32,000 nt of DNA from Methanobrevibacter sp. (lineage in GTDB: Archaea; Methanobacteriota; Methanobacteria; Methanobacteriales; Methanobacteriaceae). Shown here in pieces: positions 1-9,050 of the stretch; position 1 is the first letter of the stretch, and every line of letters starts with the position of its first letter. The DNA lies in the NCBI RefSeq assembly GCF_045114555.1, contig NZ_JBGUKT010000018.1:1907-33906 (forward strand). The letters run 5' to 3'. The notes below the pieces were generated by a model. It searched no databases, was not told the origin of the DNA, and saw nothing but the letters and a program-made list of their open reading frames with translations. Position numbers and translations under genes: made by a program.

Positions 1-1
1 G

Positions 2-1372
2 GCAATAGCTAAATACGTATCTGAATACAATGCTCTTGATGAAGAGGATTTGGCTCGCCAAACTGTCTTTACAGCGTTGAAGATAATGGTCTTTTTAGGA
101 TTTTTCTTTGGGCTCATTATGGTATTCGTTGCAGCACCTATCATTACAGTATATTTCCAAAAGCCAGAGGCATTATTGCCACTTCAGGCTGTTGGTCTGA
201 TCACACCATTCAGTGTAATCGTTGGAGCATTCAGAGGTGCGTTCCAAGGGGTATATAAAATGGAATATATCCTTTATACACGTGCAATTGAACAGATATT
301 CATGATTCTATTTGCTACTGCACTTGTAATACTCGGTTTATCTACCTTTGGTGCAGTATTAGGTTCCGTGCTTGGTTTTGCAGCATCTGCAGCATCTGCA
401 GTTTATATATTCAAAAGGTATATGGGAAAATACATCCCTCCTGCAAACCCTGACTTCAAGTTCACATTGAGACAGGAATTAGGCCTTGCAAAGAAGCTCC
501 TTTTCTTCTCAATTCCAGTTACAATTACAGCACTTGCTGAAATGGGTATCTACAGTATCTGCACATTGCTTATGGGAGGATTCTTAGCGGCATCTGCAAT
601 CGGTTACTTTACAGCTGCAGACCCTATATCAAGGCTTCCTTTGATTGTATCAAGTTCCCTTGCTACAACAATTCTTCCTGCAGCATCTGAAGCATTTGCC
701 TTAAAGGATCAGGCATTGCTTGAAAAATATGTGGATGCGTCCTATAAGTACGGCATGTTCTTTGTAATTCCAATGTGTGTAGGAATAGCCATATTCGCTA
801 AAGAGATTATGGGTCTTGTATACTTTACCAATTCTGCATACATGAATGGTGCAATGTCCCTTGCAATTCTTGTTATCGGTATGACATTCTACTCCATTTA
901 TACAATTTCCGGAAGTATCGTTCAAGGTATCGGTAACCCAAGAATACCAATGTATCTTTTGATATTCGGCTGTATCATCACATTAGGACTTGGATTGTAC
1001 CTTATTCCAAATTATGGTATTGAAGGTGGAGCATTGGCAACTACAATAGCTTCATTTATAATGATGATTCCTATGTTCCTATTGCAGTTCAGACTGACCA
1101 AAACCCATGCCCCATATGTGTTTTTAGCCAAGGTTACAATAGCTTCAATTATCATGGCATTGCCTGTACTTGTGCTTCCAAGCAATAGCTATGGACTCAT
1201 TGCAGGATTGATCATCTGTCCAATAATCTATATGATTGCAATCGTAGCACTCAGAACATTGTCACATGAGGATGTGGCAGGATTCAGAAAATTCACCAGA
1301 AAGTTAGGCCCATTAAAAGATAAGGCAAACAAGTTCATTGACTTCTTGGATAAATACAGTTCAGATGACTGA
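2..1372 (+). CDS. MOP-superfamily polysaccharide biosynthesis protein / lipid-linked oligosaccharide flippase (Wzx/RfbX-like), 5' end cut by the window edge
   Basis: The frame is open back to base 2: AIAKYVSEYNALDEEDLARQ precedes the TTG at 50 chosen by the ORF track. The protein is polytopic with many TM helices, and the FRGAFQG region and C-terminal helices are typical of COG2244-type flippases. Stop TGA at 1370-1372. Confidence 0.7.
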   Translation, partial: AIAKYVSEYNALDEEDLARQTVFTALKIMVFLGFFFGLIMVFVAAPIITVYFQKPEALLPLQAVGLITPFSVIVGAFRGAFQGVYKMEYILYTRAIEQIFMILFATALVILGLSTFGAVLGSVLGFAASAASAVYIFKRYMGKYIPPANPDFKFTLRQELGLAKKLLFFSIPVTITALAEMGIYSICTLLMGGFLAASAIGYFTAADPISRLPLIVSSSLATTILPAASEAFALKDQALLEKYVDASYKYGMFFVIPMCVGIAIFAKEIMGLVYFTNSAYMNGAMSLAILVIGMTFYSIYTISGSIVQGIGNPRIPMYLLIFGCIITLGLGLYLIPNYGIEGGALATTIASFIMMIPMFLLQFRLTKTHAPYVFLAKVTIASIIMALPVLVLPSNSYGLIAGLIICPIIYMIAIVALRTLSHEDVAGFRKFTRKLGPLKDKANKFIDFLDKYSSDD

Positions 1373-1735
1373 ATCTTCAAATCATTACTTTTTACTCTTT
1401 ATCTTAACTCTATATCTTAACTCTTTTTCTCACCCTTCATCATAAACTTCATTAGAGATTTTTTAGATTAGATAACCTTGTTAATTCATATCGAATCGGA
1501 TTCTCCCATATTTTTTGATATATTATCGATTACGAAAAATCATCATATCGAAGCAAAACTCTTTAAAATAATTTATTTTCCATTATAATCAGTTTTAAAC
1601 AATAATAAAAAAATAAAAATTCAAAAAAATCATACGAAATTCAAATAAAAAATCTTAATTATTAAAAAGTATAAAAATATATATCAGTATAAACTTTTGT
1701 ACGATATAAATATTAAGGTAAAAGGGACGATTCAA

Positions 1736-2461
1736 ATGACTGAAGTAAAAGCTGGTGTGGAATATAAAATTAATGTAGATGGAAATTCTTTTCTGTTGGA
1801 TGAGAAGAAGTACAATCTATTGACATATATTAATGAAAATGAATCCATTACAGAAGCTGCAAAGCTTTGTAAAATTTCATATAGAACTGCATTAAACTAT
1901 ATTGACAAGATAGAATCAAGTTTGGATATTGCTATTGTAAACACCAAAAAAGGAGGCAGCGGTGGTGGAGGCAGTACCACCCTTACTGAAGAGGGCCAAC
2001 TAATTCTCAAGGAATGCAAAAAGATCAATGCAATCATAGAACTCCACAAGGAAACAAATGAACTTGAAGCTGAAATTGTCAATATAAACAAGGAAAAAAA
2101 GGACATGACTCTAAAAATCAAAGATTTAGAGTTAACCATTCCGTTAAATAAAAATTATTCTATTGGAGATAAAATCTTAGCATTGATAAGCTATGATAAT
2201 ATTTCAATAACTTTAAAGCCACATAAATCAAGTGTTTATAAAGCATTGAACCCTCAAAACTCAAGTATACGAAACGTTTTGGAAGGAACAGTTACTGAAT
2301 TGAAGCTAAACGACGAAACAGTTCGTGTCAGGATAACTGTAAGCGGAGTAGATATATATGCAGACATATCCCTATCCGCATTGAAGGATTTGAATCTTGA
2401 ACTTGGAAAAGAGGTATTCATTTCATTTAAGGCATTGTCAGTAGCTACCTTAAAATTATAA
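1736..2461 (+). CDS. modE: ModE-family (molybdate/tungstate-responsive) transcriptional regulator: N-terminal ModE-type HTH plus C-terminal TOBE/Mop domain
   Basis: ITEAAKLCKISYRTALNYIDKIE followed by KKGGSGGGGSTTLTEEG matches the ModE HTH plus glycine-rich signature. The C-terminal SIRNVLEGTVTEL..VRVRITV.GVDIYADISLSALKDLNLELGKEVFISFKALSV is TOBE-like. I moved the start from TTG 1697 to ATG 1736, which follows AAGGTAAAAGGG. Confidence 0.7.
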   Translation: MTEVKAGVEYKINVDGNSFLLDEKKYNLLTYINENESITEAAKLCKISYRTALNYIDKIESSLDIAIVNTKKGGSGGGGSTTLTEEGQLILKECKKINAIIELHKETNELEAEIVNINKEKKDMTLKIKDLELTIPLNKNYSIGDKILALISYDNISITLKPHKSSVYKALNPQNSSIRNVLEGTVTELKLNDETVRVRITVSGVDIYADISLSALKDLNLELGKEVFISFKALSVATLKL

Positions 2462-2560
2462 AATCATAGGAAACAACTTAAAGTAATGAATTTTGTAAAT
2501 AATTTTATATATAAAAATAAATTAACTAATAAATAGGATTATTACAAATTTATTCAATAG

Positions 2561-2770
2561 GTGATGCAAATTTTAAAAATTATAGTTGATGAGGACAAAT
2601 GTATTGCATGTGGTAACTGTAAGGAAATTTGTCCAAAAGGTGGGTATATTTGGACAATTGAAGAGGTTGCTAGTGTATCAAATCTAGATTATTGCCATGT
2701 CTGTACACTATGTGCAATGAAATGCGGTCCAGATGCAATTAAAATAGAGAGAAATGCGCCTGATGAATGA
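2561..2770 (+). CDS. 2x[4Fe-4S] ferredoxin (small, 68-69 aa)
   Basis: Two CxxCxxCxxxC(P) clusters are present: CIACGNCKEICP and CHVCTLCAMKCGP. The start is ambiguous between GTG 2561 and ATG 2564. A TTTTATATATA box lies about 55 nt upstream. Confidence 0.8.
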   Translation: MMQILKIIVDEDKCIACGNCKEICPKGGYIWTIEEVASVSNLDYCHVCTLCAMKCGPDAIKIERNAPDE

Positions 2771-2847
2771 ATAATTAATCGTTGCTTTAATTAAATTATA
2801 GTTTAAAAATTTGCTGAAAATGGTTACAATTTTAAGTGAGTGATTCG

Positions 2848-3426
2848 ATGACAAGAGTAGCTAATGCTTCAAGAAAAACATCTGAAACAGATATCGAAAT
2901 AGAATTGAATATTGATGGAACTGGAAAATATGAAATTGATACCGGAGTCAATTTCTTCAATCATATGTTAGAGTCCTTTTCCAGACACAGTTTCATTGAT
3001 TTGAAAATCAAGGCAATTGGTGATATAGAAATAGACGATCACCACACTGTAGAGGATGTAGGCATATTGTTAGGTGAAGTTTTCGCTGAAGCGATTGGCG
3101 ACAAGAAAGGAATCAGAAGAATGGGACATGCCATTGTCCCTATGGATGACTCAGTTGCAACTGTTGCCATAGACATAAGCGGAAGAAGCTACTGCAATAT
3201 GGACTTGGATTTCAAGCATGACAAGATTGGTGACTTAAGCAGTGATGTTATAGTTCACTTCTTTGAATCCTTTGCTTCCAGTGGTAAGATCAATATCTAT
3301 GGAACCTGTGAAGGTGCAAATGATCACCACAAGGCAGAAGCCCTCTTTAAGGCATTTGCAAAATCATTGTATGATGCATGTAAAATAGAGCATGATGAAA
3401 TCCTAAGCACTAAAGGTGTTCTTTAA
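2848..3426 (+). CDS. hisB: imidazoleglycerol-phosphate dehydratase
   Basis: [32 protein letters not shown] and [15 protein letters not shown], plus a second DHH(K)AEA motif, are the conserved HisB metal-binding signatures. ATG 2848 is preferred over GTG 2836. A T-rich tract follows the stop. Confidence 0.9.
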   Translation: MTRVANASRKTSETDIEIELNIDGTGKYEIDTGVNFFNHMLESFSRHSFIDLKIKAIGDIEIDDHHTVEDVGILLGEVFAEAIGDKKGIRRMGHAIVPMDDSVATVAIDISGRSYCNMDLDFKHDKIGDLSSDVIVHFFESFASSGKINIYGTCEGANDHHKAEALFKAFAKSLYDACKIEHDEILSTKGVL

Positions 3427-3812
3427 ATCTGAACACTTTATTTCTTTTTTTATTTATTTTACTTTAAAACATTAAATTATCTTTTCTTATCATTTTAATC
3501 TTTTATATCCCTAATTTTCACTTCAACTATTTAAATAAACTTATCTAATCATTTTAATCTTTTATATCGGTTGAATAATTAATTTTTAATCCCGATAACT
3601 GTTAAAATATTATCACAATACTTCTTAAATATTTTTAATCCTCAAAAAAATGAGAGCACTTTTGATTAGATTTATGATAATTTTTTTAAAAATCAAAGAA
3701 AAAAAAATTATAGAATGGAAAAAAGTATAAATTTTTAAAACGATTGAAAAGATAGAAAAATTAAAAATATGGAAAAAAGTTTTAAAACTATCAAAAATAA
3801 TTAATTTAATTT

Positions 3813-3851
3813 AAAAAAAGAAAAATGTGAAGACGTATTATTTACGTCTTC
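3813..3851 (-). terminator. Hairpin plus oligo-T terminator of adhesin paralog 1, with the stop codon inside the hairpin loop
   Basis: Minus strand reads GAAGACGT-AAATAAT-ACGTCTTC, an 8 bp perfect stem at 3829-3836/3844-3851. It is followed by ACATTTTTCTTTTTTT. The stem encodes the RRR tail and the loop holds AAA-TAA (Lys-stop). An identical element sits at 9327-9365. Confidence 0.6.
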
Positions 3852-6800
3852 TTCCTAAATTTGTAGATATTATCATTGCGAATGCCAATAAAACAAGCAA
3901 TACTGGATTACCTGTCTTAGCTAATGCAGGTTCAATCTCACTGCCTTGATTTTCAGCAACAACCACGTCATCAGGATTTACATCCTCACCATTGCCATTG
4001 TCAGGGACTGTTTCGTTATTGCCAGTTCCATTATCCGGTTTTGTATTGTTGTTGTCATCAGTACTGTTGTTGTTTTCAGCTTCTGTAACAGCAACTATTT
4101 CAGAGGATGCCTCGTCATTGGATGAATTGACATCATTTCCATTTAGGCTTACAGTAGCAGAGTTTGAGTAATTTCCTGCATTGTCAATCTTGACAGTGAC
4201 AGTTAACTTTACACTGGAACCATTGGACAATTCGCCAACAGACCATACGCCACTAGATGAATCGTAATCATCTGAAGATGCAGAGACAAATGTGAAATCA
4301 GCCAATTGACTGTCAGTAACCTTTACACCGCTTGAATCGTTAGGACCATTATTGGAAACGGTAATTGTGTATGTCACTTCATCGCCAACATTTATTTCTG
4401 TCTTGTCGACTGAGATGTCAATTGCCAAGTCAGAAACAGGATCAACGGTAAGTTTAGTTGAATAATCCTCGCTTGCCTTAAGCTCATTTGCTGAAACAGT
4501 GGATTTCAATTCCTTGGTTCCAACGAAGCTTGCCTTTGCAAGAATGGAAATGCTTGCTTCATCCCCATTAGCCAAGTCTCCAACAGACCATTCTCCAGAA
4601 GATGAGTCATATCCTTGACTTGAAGCCATCAACCTGCTCTTGGTAGAGAGATAATCAGAATCTGTAATGTTGTCAGATACATAAACCAATCCGTCAGGAA
4701 GAGTATTTTTCACAATGACTCCGCTTGCATCGTTAGGACCATTGTTCTTAACGGTAACAACCAATTCAACAATGTCATCGTAATTTACTTCGTTGCTGGA
4801 AAGGCTTATGGATACGCTTAAATCTGCTACAGGAATAGCCTTGACTTCAGGAGCACTAGCCTTATTGTCATCTGTATTGTTATCAAACTCTTTGGAAGTA
4901 ACATTAACCTCATTGGTCAATGCATCCAATGAATTAACAGTAGCATACAAGGTCAAAGAAACCTCACTGCCAGAGTCAATGCTTGCGATTTCCCATACAC
5001 CATTTCCTACATAAGTATCATCTGCTGAACTTACATTCATGCCACTAGGAACGGTATCTGTTACAACCACATTAGTAGCAGTATTCGGACCATTATTGGT
5101 TACAGTGATAGTGTAAGTGACAGCGTCTCCATAATAAGGAGTCATGATATCTACGGTCTTGACAATGCTCAAGTCAACTACAGGCTCAGCAACAACACCA
5201 GGTGCATCTGCACTATTGTCAGACTCTTCAGGATCATATTCATTAGCCCTGACAATGACACTATTTTCAATGGTGCCATTAGCAATTGCCCTGACAGTCA
5301 AATCTAAAGTAACCGGACTATTCGCAGCCAGCTTGTCAATATGCCATTTATTGGTTTGGTTATCGTATGTTCCAACGCTAGGTGAAGCGCTGACAAACTC
5401 AACAAGACTGCTTAAACTGTCATAAACATCAATATCAGTAGCATCGAAAGGACCTAAATTCACAAGATTGACTGTATATGTAATCAAGTCCCCGACTTTT
5501 ACAGTTTTTTTGTCTACGGTTTTGTTGATTCTCAAATCAGCTACAGACAATGCCTTTATGGTGCTGATATTGTCTGCATTGTTGGAATCGTTGGAGTCAT
5601 GCTCGCTGCAGCTTACGCTAACATAATTGTTAATGTCGCCTGCTGAAGTGACATTTGCGACTATTGCCAAAACAGCAGTATATCCACTTCTCAAATTAGT
5701 GATATTCCAAATTTTGCCGTTATAGGTTCCTATGCCGGTCTGGCTGGAATCCAAAGCAAGATGGGAATCCAATGCTTCCTCAACGACTACCTCAGTAGCA
5801 TCACAAGGCCCGTGATTGTGAACTTCTATGGTAAATTCTATTTGGTCTCCGACATGAACCTCGCCGGAGGCTACATTGACCTTTTTAGTGATTTGCAGAT
5901 CAACTAGAGGATGAACAGTGACAAGAACTTTAGTGCTGTTAGAGAAATAATTTTCGTTTCCGGCAAAGCTAACAGTGATATTGGCCTCACCAACGCCTAC
6001 AGCAACCATATTTCCATCTTCATCAACAGCAACAACGCTTTCATTGCTGGAAGCATAATCCAATACTCCCGCATTGGAAGGATCTAAAACCGCACCAATA
6101 TTGACTTGATTCCCTATATACAAGTCAAATGAATCGTTGACTTTGATGGATGTTGGAATCCTATTGTCACTTACAGTGACTGTGACTGTTGCGTTTGAAG
6201 GGGCATAATCGTCATTTCCTGCAAAGCTGATAAATACAGTAGTGGTGCCTACAGCCTTAGCCTCTAAATTGCCATAACTGTCAACTACTACAACGCTTTC
6301 ATTATTGCTTGTGTAGTCTAAAGAACCAGCCCCACTAGGATTCAAGACTGCATTAATCGCATCAAATTCACCAACCATATATGCCAATGCTTCCGGAGCA
6401 TCAATCCAGGTAGGAGTAATGACACGAACAATAACTTCCTTGCTAGCGGATTTATGGTTTTTATCAACAAGAGTGCTTAACTTTACAGTATAATTGCCTA
6501 CATCCAGACCAGTGACAATTACTTTTCCATCACTTACGGTAAAGTTATAATCAATGCCAACATACAAGATGGAACTGCCTTTTTTGATGCCGGTTATAGT
6601 TACAGTACCATTTTCTGCGGTATAGTTCAATTCAGCATCACTGCCTTTGACAATGGTTGTTCCATTTGCATCAAGACTGGAAGAAGCCTTATAGACATTG
6701 AATGAAGTCCTATTATGTGTATACATATAAGGTTCACCCTCTTCAAACTTAGTGAACTGAACATAAGCACCATATCCATCCTTTACATCAAGCAAAGCAG

Positions 6801-9036
6801 GAAGACGTATAATTTTCCCATTTAACTCATTTTCAGCTACAGTGACATTATAAGCCAATACATTTCCCTTTTTAACGTCATCATTGGAAAATGTGACATC
6901 ATAGCTTGAATTGGCAAGGTAAATGGTATAATTTCCTGAAACATTAGTGCTTAAATTAACAACAAGGTCTTCGCCATAAACAGCATCAGCAACATTGATC
7001 TTAAGAGTGTTGTTTAAGTAATTCAAAGATATAAAAGTACCTTTCTCCTTACCACTTCCTGTATAATAACTATCATCTGGATGGTATGCTTCATAGGAAT
7101 ACACTCCATATGGGAGAGTCTTATACTCATCAAAGAAAACCTGACCATTAATATTGGTTTGCTTTGTAATATTTAGCTTTGCTTTTCCAAGACCCGGAGT
7201 AAGGGAATTCCAAACTACTATAGTAATGTTTATACCTGCCTCTTTATTGCTGTTTATAGGAGAGTCACTGGTTACAAAAGAACCATCCCAATAGGTGACA
7301 TTTTGGAAATTAACACTACCGTAATTTTTAATTGCATTAATGTAATCTTCTTCACCTTTAAAAGTGAAGACTTTGGCATATTCTTGGGAATCCTCAGTTA
7401 AACTTACACTATTTGCTTTATTATACCTGAAAGTAGAATCTGCTATAAGGGAAATATTTCCTAGATTGTCTATTGCACCACCATAACTAGCGGAATTGTA
7501 CTCAAAGGTTGAATTTGCAATAAGTCCTAAATTTTCAACAATTGTGATTGCACCTCCATAATTAGCGGAATTGCGCTCAAATGTTGAATCTGCAATTATA
7601 GCCTTTTTAGATTCTTCACCCATCCAATAGATAGCACCGCCGCTAAAGGAAGCGGAGTTTTTCTTAAAGGTACAATTTGTAATGCTAGTGTGATCACCTG
7701 AATTTTCCAAGCAGATAGCACCACCAAAAGATAATAAAGAAGATGCTTTATTGTTTTCAAATAGAGAATTGGATATTTGGCAATTTTTTCCTACAAAAAG
7801 GATAGCACCACCAAGATTAGCCGTATTGCCTCTAAATTGACAGTTATCCACTTTAATATTATCTGCACCTGCCCAAGAATAAATAGCAGCCCCATATCTT
7901 CCCGCTTGATTATTAATAAATTGGGAATTAGATATTACATCATTACTACCCATTACGAGAATAGCACCTTCACTCTCAGCATAATTGTTTTTAAAAATAC
8001 AACCATCAATAGTACTCCGATGATCGATTTTAATAGCACTTCCTGAAGTGGCACGATTATTTTCAAACCTGCAGGAAAATACTACACTTCCATGATCAAG
8101 TTCGACCGCACCCCCCATTTTAGCAGTATTATTTATAAAGGTAGAGTTAGATACTTTAGATTCGCCAAAAATACTGATAGCGCCACCCGTATCATCTATA
8201 ACACTATTTGATATAAAAGTGCAGTTTCTAACATGGGCGAAATTCGTATTGAGAAAAACAGCACCCCCAGAACTAACTTGAAAACCTCCTACCTCATTTT
8301 CAATAAAGGTACAGTTCTCAATGAGGGCAGTACTCACTTCGTTCCTCCTATCTGTTATATATATAGCGCCACCTTTTGTACTAGCAAAATTTTTAGTGAA
8401 AATACAATTAAATATCTTAAGATTTGGAACAGCCTGACAATAAATGGCACCCCCCTCATAGGTTCCTGTGTACCATGTACCGTCATAATAATTATACGCA
8501 TTTGTAAACTTAATATTAGTTAAATTAACATCTTTAGCATATGAAATAAAAAGTATACGAGTAGTTTTCATTCCATTTAATGTTGCATATTGATCAGACC
8601 TATTGGCACCAATTATATTGATAGGTTTATTAATAGTAATCTGACTAAGCCCAATATATGTACGGCCATTTAGATAAATGGTATCCCCAGGGTTTGCCAT
8701 ATCAATTGCATCTTGAATATTTTGAAAGGAACCTCCATTAAGATTGATGTTCTTGCCTAATTTAGAGCTTTGCAAGACATTAGAAGAAGAATCCTTAACA
8801 TTTTCACTTGAATAATCCTCTTCTAGGGAAGCGTTTGTTGAATCTTGCTTAAGGGTTGCAACATCATCTACAGAATTCTCTTCATCAATTGACAGATCTT
8901 GAGTGGCTAAATCTGCATTAATGGAAGAATCGGGAATAGATAAATCGCTTGCATCTTCAGCTGAAACATTGGATAAACAGGTTAAAAGAGTAAAAATGAT
9001 TAAAATACCAAGTAACAGTTTCCTTTTGCTTTTCGT
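3838..9036 (-). CDS. Giant adhesin-like surface protein, paralog 1 (signal peptide, PMP beta-helix repeats, 2 Big_2-like Ig domains, 5 DUF11 repeats, LAKTG-TM-RRRK tail)
   Basis: One uninterrupted minus-strand frame runs from TAA 3838-3840 up to the in-frame TAA at 9061-9063. The ORF-track start (TTG 8775) is an internal Leu. The frame continues upstream through an acidic region and a signal peptide (KTKSKRKLLLGILIIFTLLTCLSNVSA/EDAS) homologous to paralog 2. I set the 5' end provisionally at ACG 9036, 5 nt after AAGGAGGTG, because no canonical start exists. There are about 13 GGAIY...N(C/S)(T/I)F.xN.A repeats and DUF11 units of the form VDLxIxKTV....TNNGP. Confidence 0.85.
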   Translation of the reverse strand, partial: TKSKRKLLLGILIIFTLLTCLSNVSAEDASDLSIPDSSINADLATQDLSIDEENSVDDVATLKQDSTNASLEEDYSSENVKDSSSNVLQSSKLGKNINLNGGSFQNIQDAIDMANPGDTIYLNGRTYIGLSQITINKPINIIGANRSDQYATLNGMKTTRILFISYAKDVNLTNIKFTNAYNYYDGTWYTGTYEGGAIYCQAVPNLKIFNCIFTKNFASTKGGAIYITDRRNEVSTALIENCTFIENEVGGFQVSSGGAVFLNTNFAHVRNCTFISNSVIDDTGGAISIFGESKVSNSTFINNTAKMGGAVELDHGSVVFSCRFENNRATSGSAIKIDHRSTIDGCIFKNNYAESEGAILVMGSNDVISNSQFINNQAGRYGAAIYSWAGADNIKVDNCQFRGNTANLGGAILFVGKNCQISNSLFENNKASSLLSFGGAICLENSGDHTSITNCTFKKNSASFSGGAIYWMGEESKKAIIADSTFERNSANYGGAITIVENLGLIANSTFEYNSASYGGAIDNLGNISLIADSTFRYNKANSVSLTEDSQEYAKVFTFKGEEDYINAIKNYGSVNFQNVTYWDGSFVTSDSPINSNKEAGINITIVVWNSLTPGLGKAKLNITKQTNINGQVFFDEYKTLPYGVYSYEAYHPDDSYYTGSGKEKGTFISLNYLNNTLKINVADAVYGEDLVVNLSTNVSGNYTIYLANSSYDVTFSNDDVKKGNVLAYNVTVAENELNGKIIRLPALLDVKDGYGAYVQFTKFEEGEPYMYTHNRTSFNVYKASSSLDANGTTIVKGSDAELNYTAENGTVTITGIKKGSSILYVGIDYNFTVSDGKVIVTGLDVGNYTVKLSTLVDKNHKSASKEVIVRVITPTWIDAPEALAYMVGEFDAINAVLNPSGAGSLDYTSNNESVVVVDSYGNLEAKAVGTTTVFISFAGNDDYAPSNATVTVTVSDNRIPTSIKVNDSFDLYIGNQVNIGAVLDPSNAGVLDYASSNESVVAVDEDGNMVAVGVGEANITVSFAGNENYFSNSTKVLVTVHPLVDLQITKKVNVASGEVHVGDQIEFTIEVHNHGPCDATEVVVEEALDSHLALDSSQTGIGTYNGKIWNITNLRSGYTAVLAIVANVTSAGDINNYVSVSCSEHDSNDSNNADNISTIKALSVADLRINKTVDKKTVKVGDLITYTVNLVNLGPFDATDIDVYDSLSSLVEFVSASPSVGTYDNQTNKWHIDKLAANSPVTLDLTVRAIANGTIENSVIVRANEYDPEESDNSADAPGVVAEPVVDLSIVKTVDIMTPYYGDAVTYTITVTNNGPNTATNVVVTDTVPSGMNVSSADDTYVGNGVWEIASIDSGSEVSLTLYATVNSLDALTNEVNVTSKEFDNNTDDNKASAPEVKAIPVADLSVSISLSSNEVNYDDIVELVVTVKNNGPNDASGVIVKNTLPDGLVYVSDNITDSDYLSTKSRLMASSQGYDSSSGEWSVGDLANGDEASISILAKASFVGTKELKSTVSANELKASEDYSTKLTVDPVSDLAIDISVDKTEINVGDEVTYTITVSNNGPNDSSGVKVTDSQLADFTFVSASSDDYDSSSGVWSVGELSNGSSVKLTVTVKIDNAGNYSNSATVSLNGNDVNSSNDEASSEIVAVTEAENNNSTDDNNNTKPDNGTGNNETVPDNGNGEDVNPDDVVVAENQGSEIEPALAKTGNPVLLVLLAFAMIISTNLGRRRK
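3841..3924 (-). other. C-terminal LPXTG-like sorting signal of paralog 1 (LAKTG, hydrophobic helix, RRRK)
   Basis: I translated this by hand. LAKTG occupies codons 3910-3924, followed by NPVLLVLLAFAMIISTNLG and RRRK-stop. Confidence 0.6.
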
Positions 9037-9041
9037 TTTTT

Positions 9042-9050
9042 CACCTCCTT
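9042..9050 (-). promoter_or_regulatory. Shine-Dalgarno AAGGAGGTG of adhesin paralog 1
   Basis: This is a perfect complement to the canonical 16S rRNA 3' tail. It sits immediately 5' of the signal-peptide codons and is identical in paralog 2 (14676-14684). Confidence 0.65.

Noticed and set aside
701-925. Short opposite-strand or off-frame ORFs inside well-supported genes: 701-925, 1897-2139, 14977-15177, 17038-17310, 17404-17715, 18230-18436, 18553-18762, 25071-25256, 26092-26286, 27132-27365, 27860-28087, 28424-28612, 29993-30181 and 30228-30446.
   Set aside because: Each is nested within a longer ORF that has recognisable family motifs or a membrane topology. None has a convincing SD or a recognisable motif.
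1480-1560. A ModE-operator-like CATAT-N7-TATAT and the small palindromes GAATCGGATTC and ATCGAT upstream of the ModE-like gene.
   Set aside because: They match the E. coli-type TATAT-N7-TAYAT consensus only loosely. In about 25% GC intergenic DNA such matches are expected by chance.
8773-8775. TTG 8775 as the start of adhesin paralog 1 (the ORF-track call).
   Set aside because: It is an internal Leu in the conserved LQSSKLGK motif. The frame continues 87 codons upstream through a homologous acidic region and signal peptide, and a protein starting at 8775 would lack a signal peptide.
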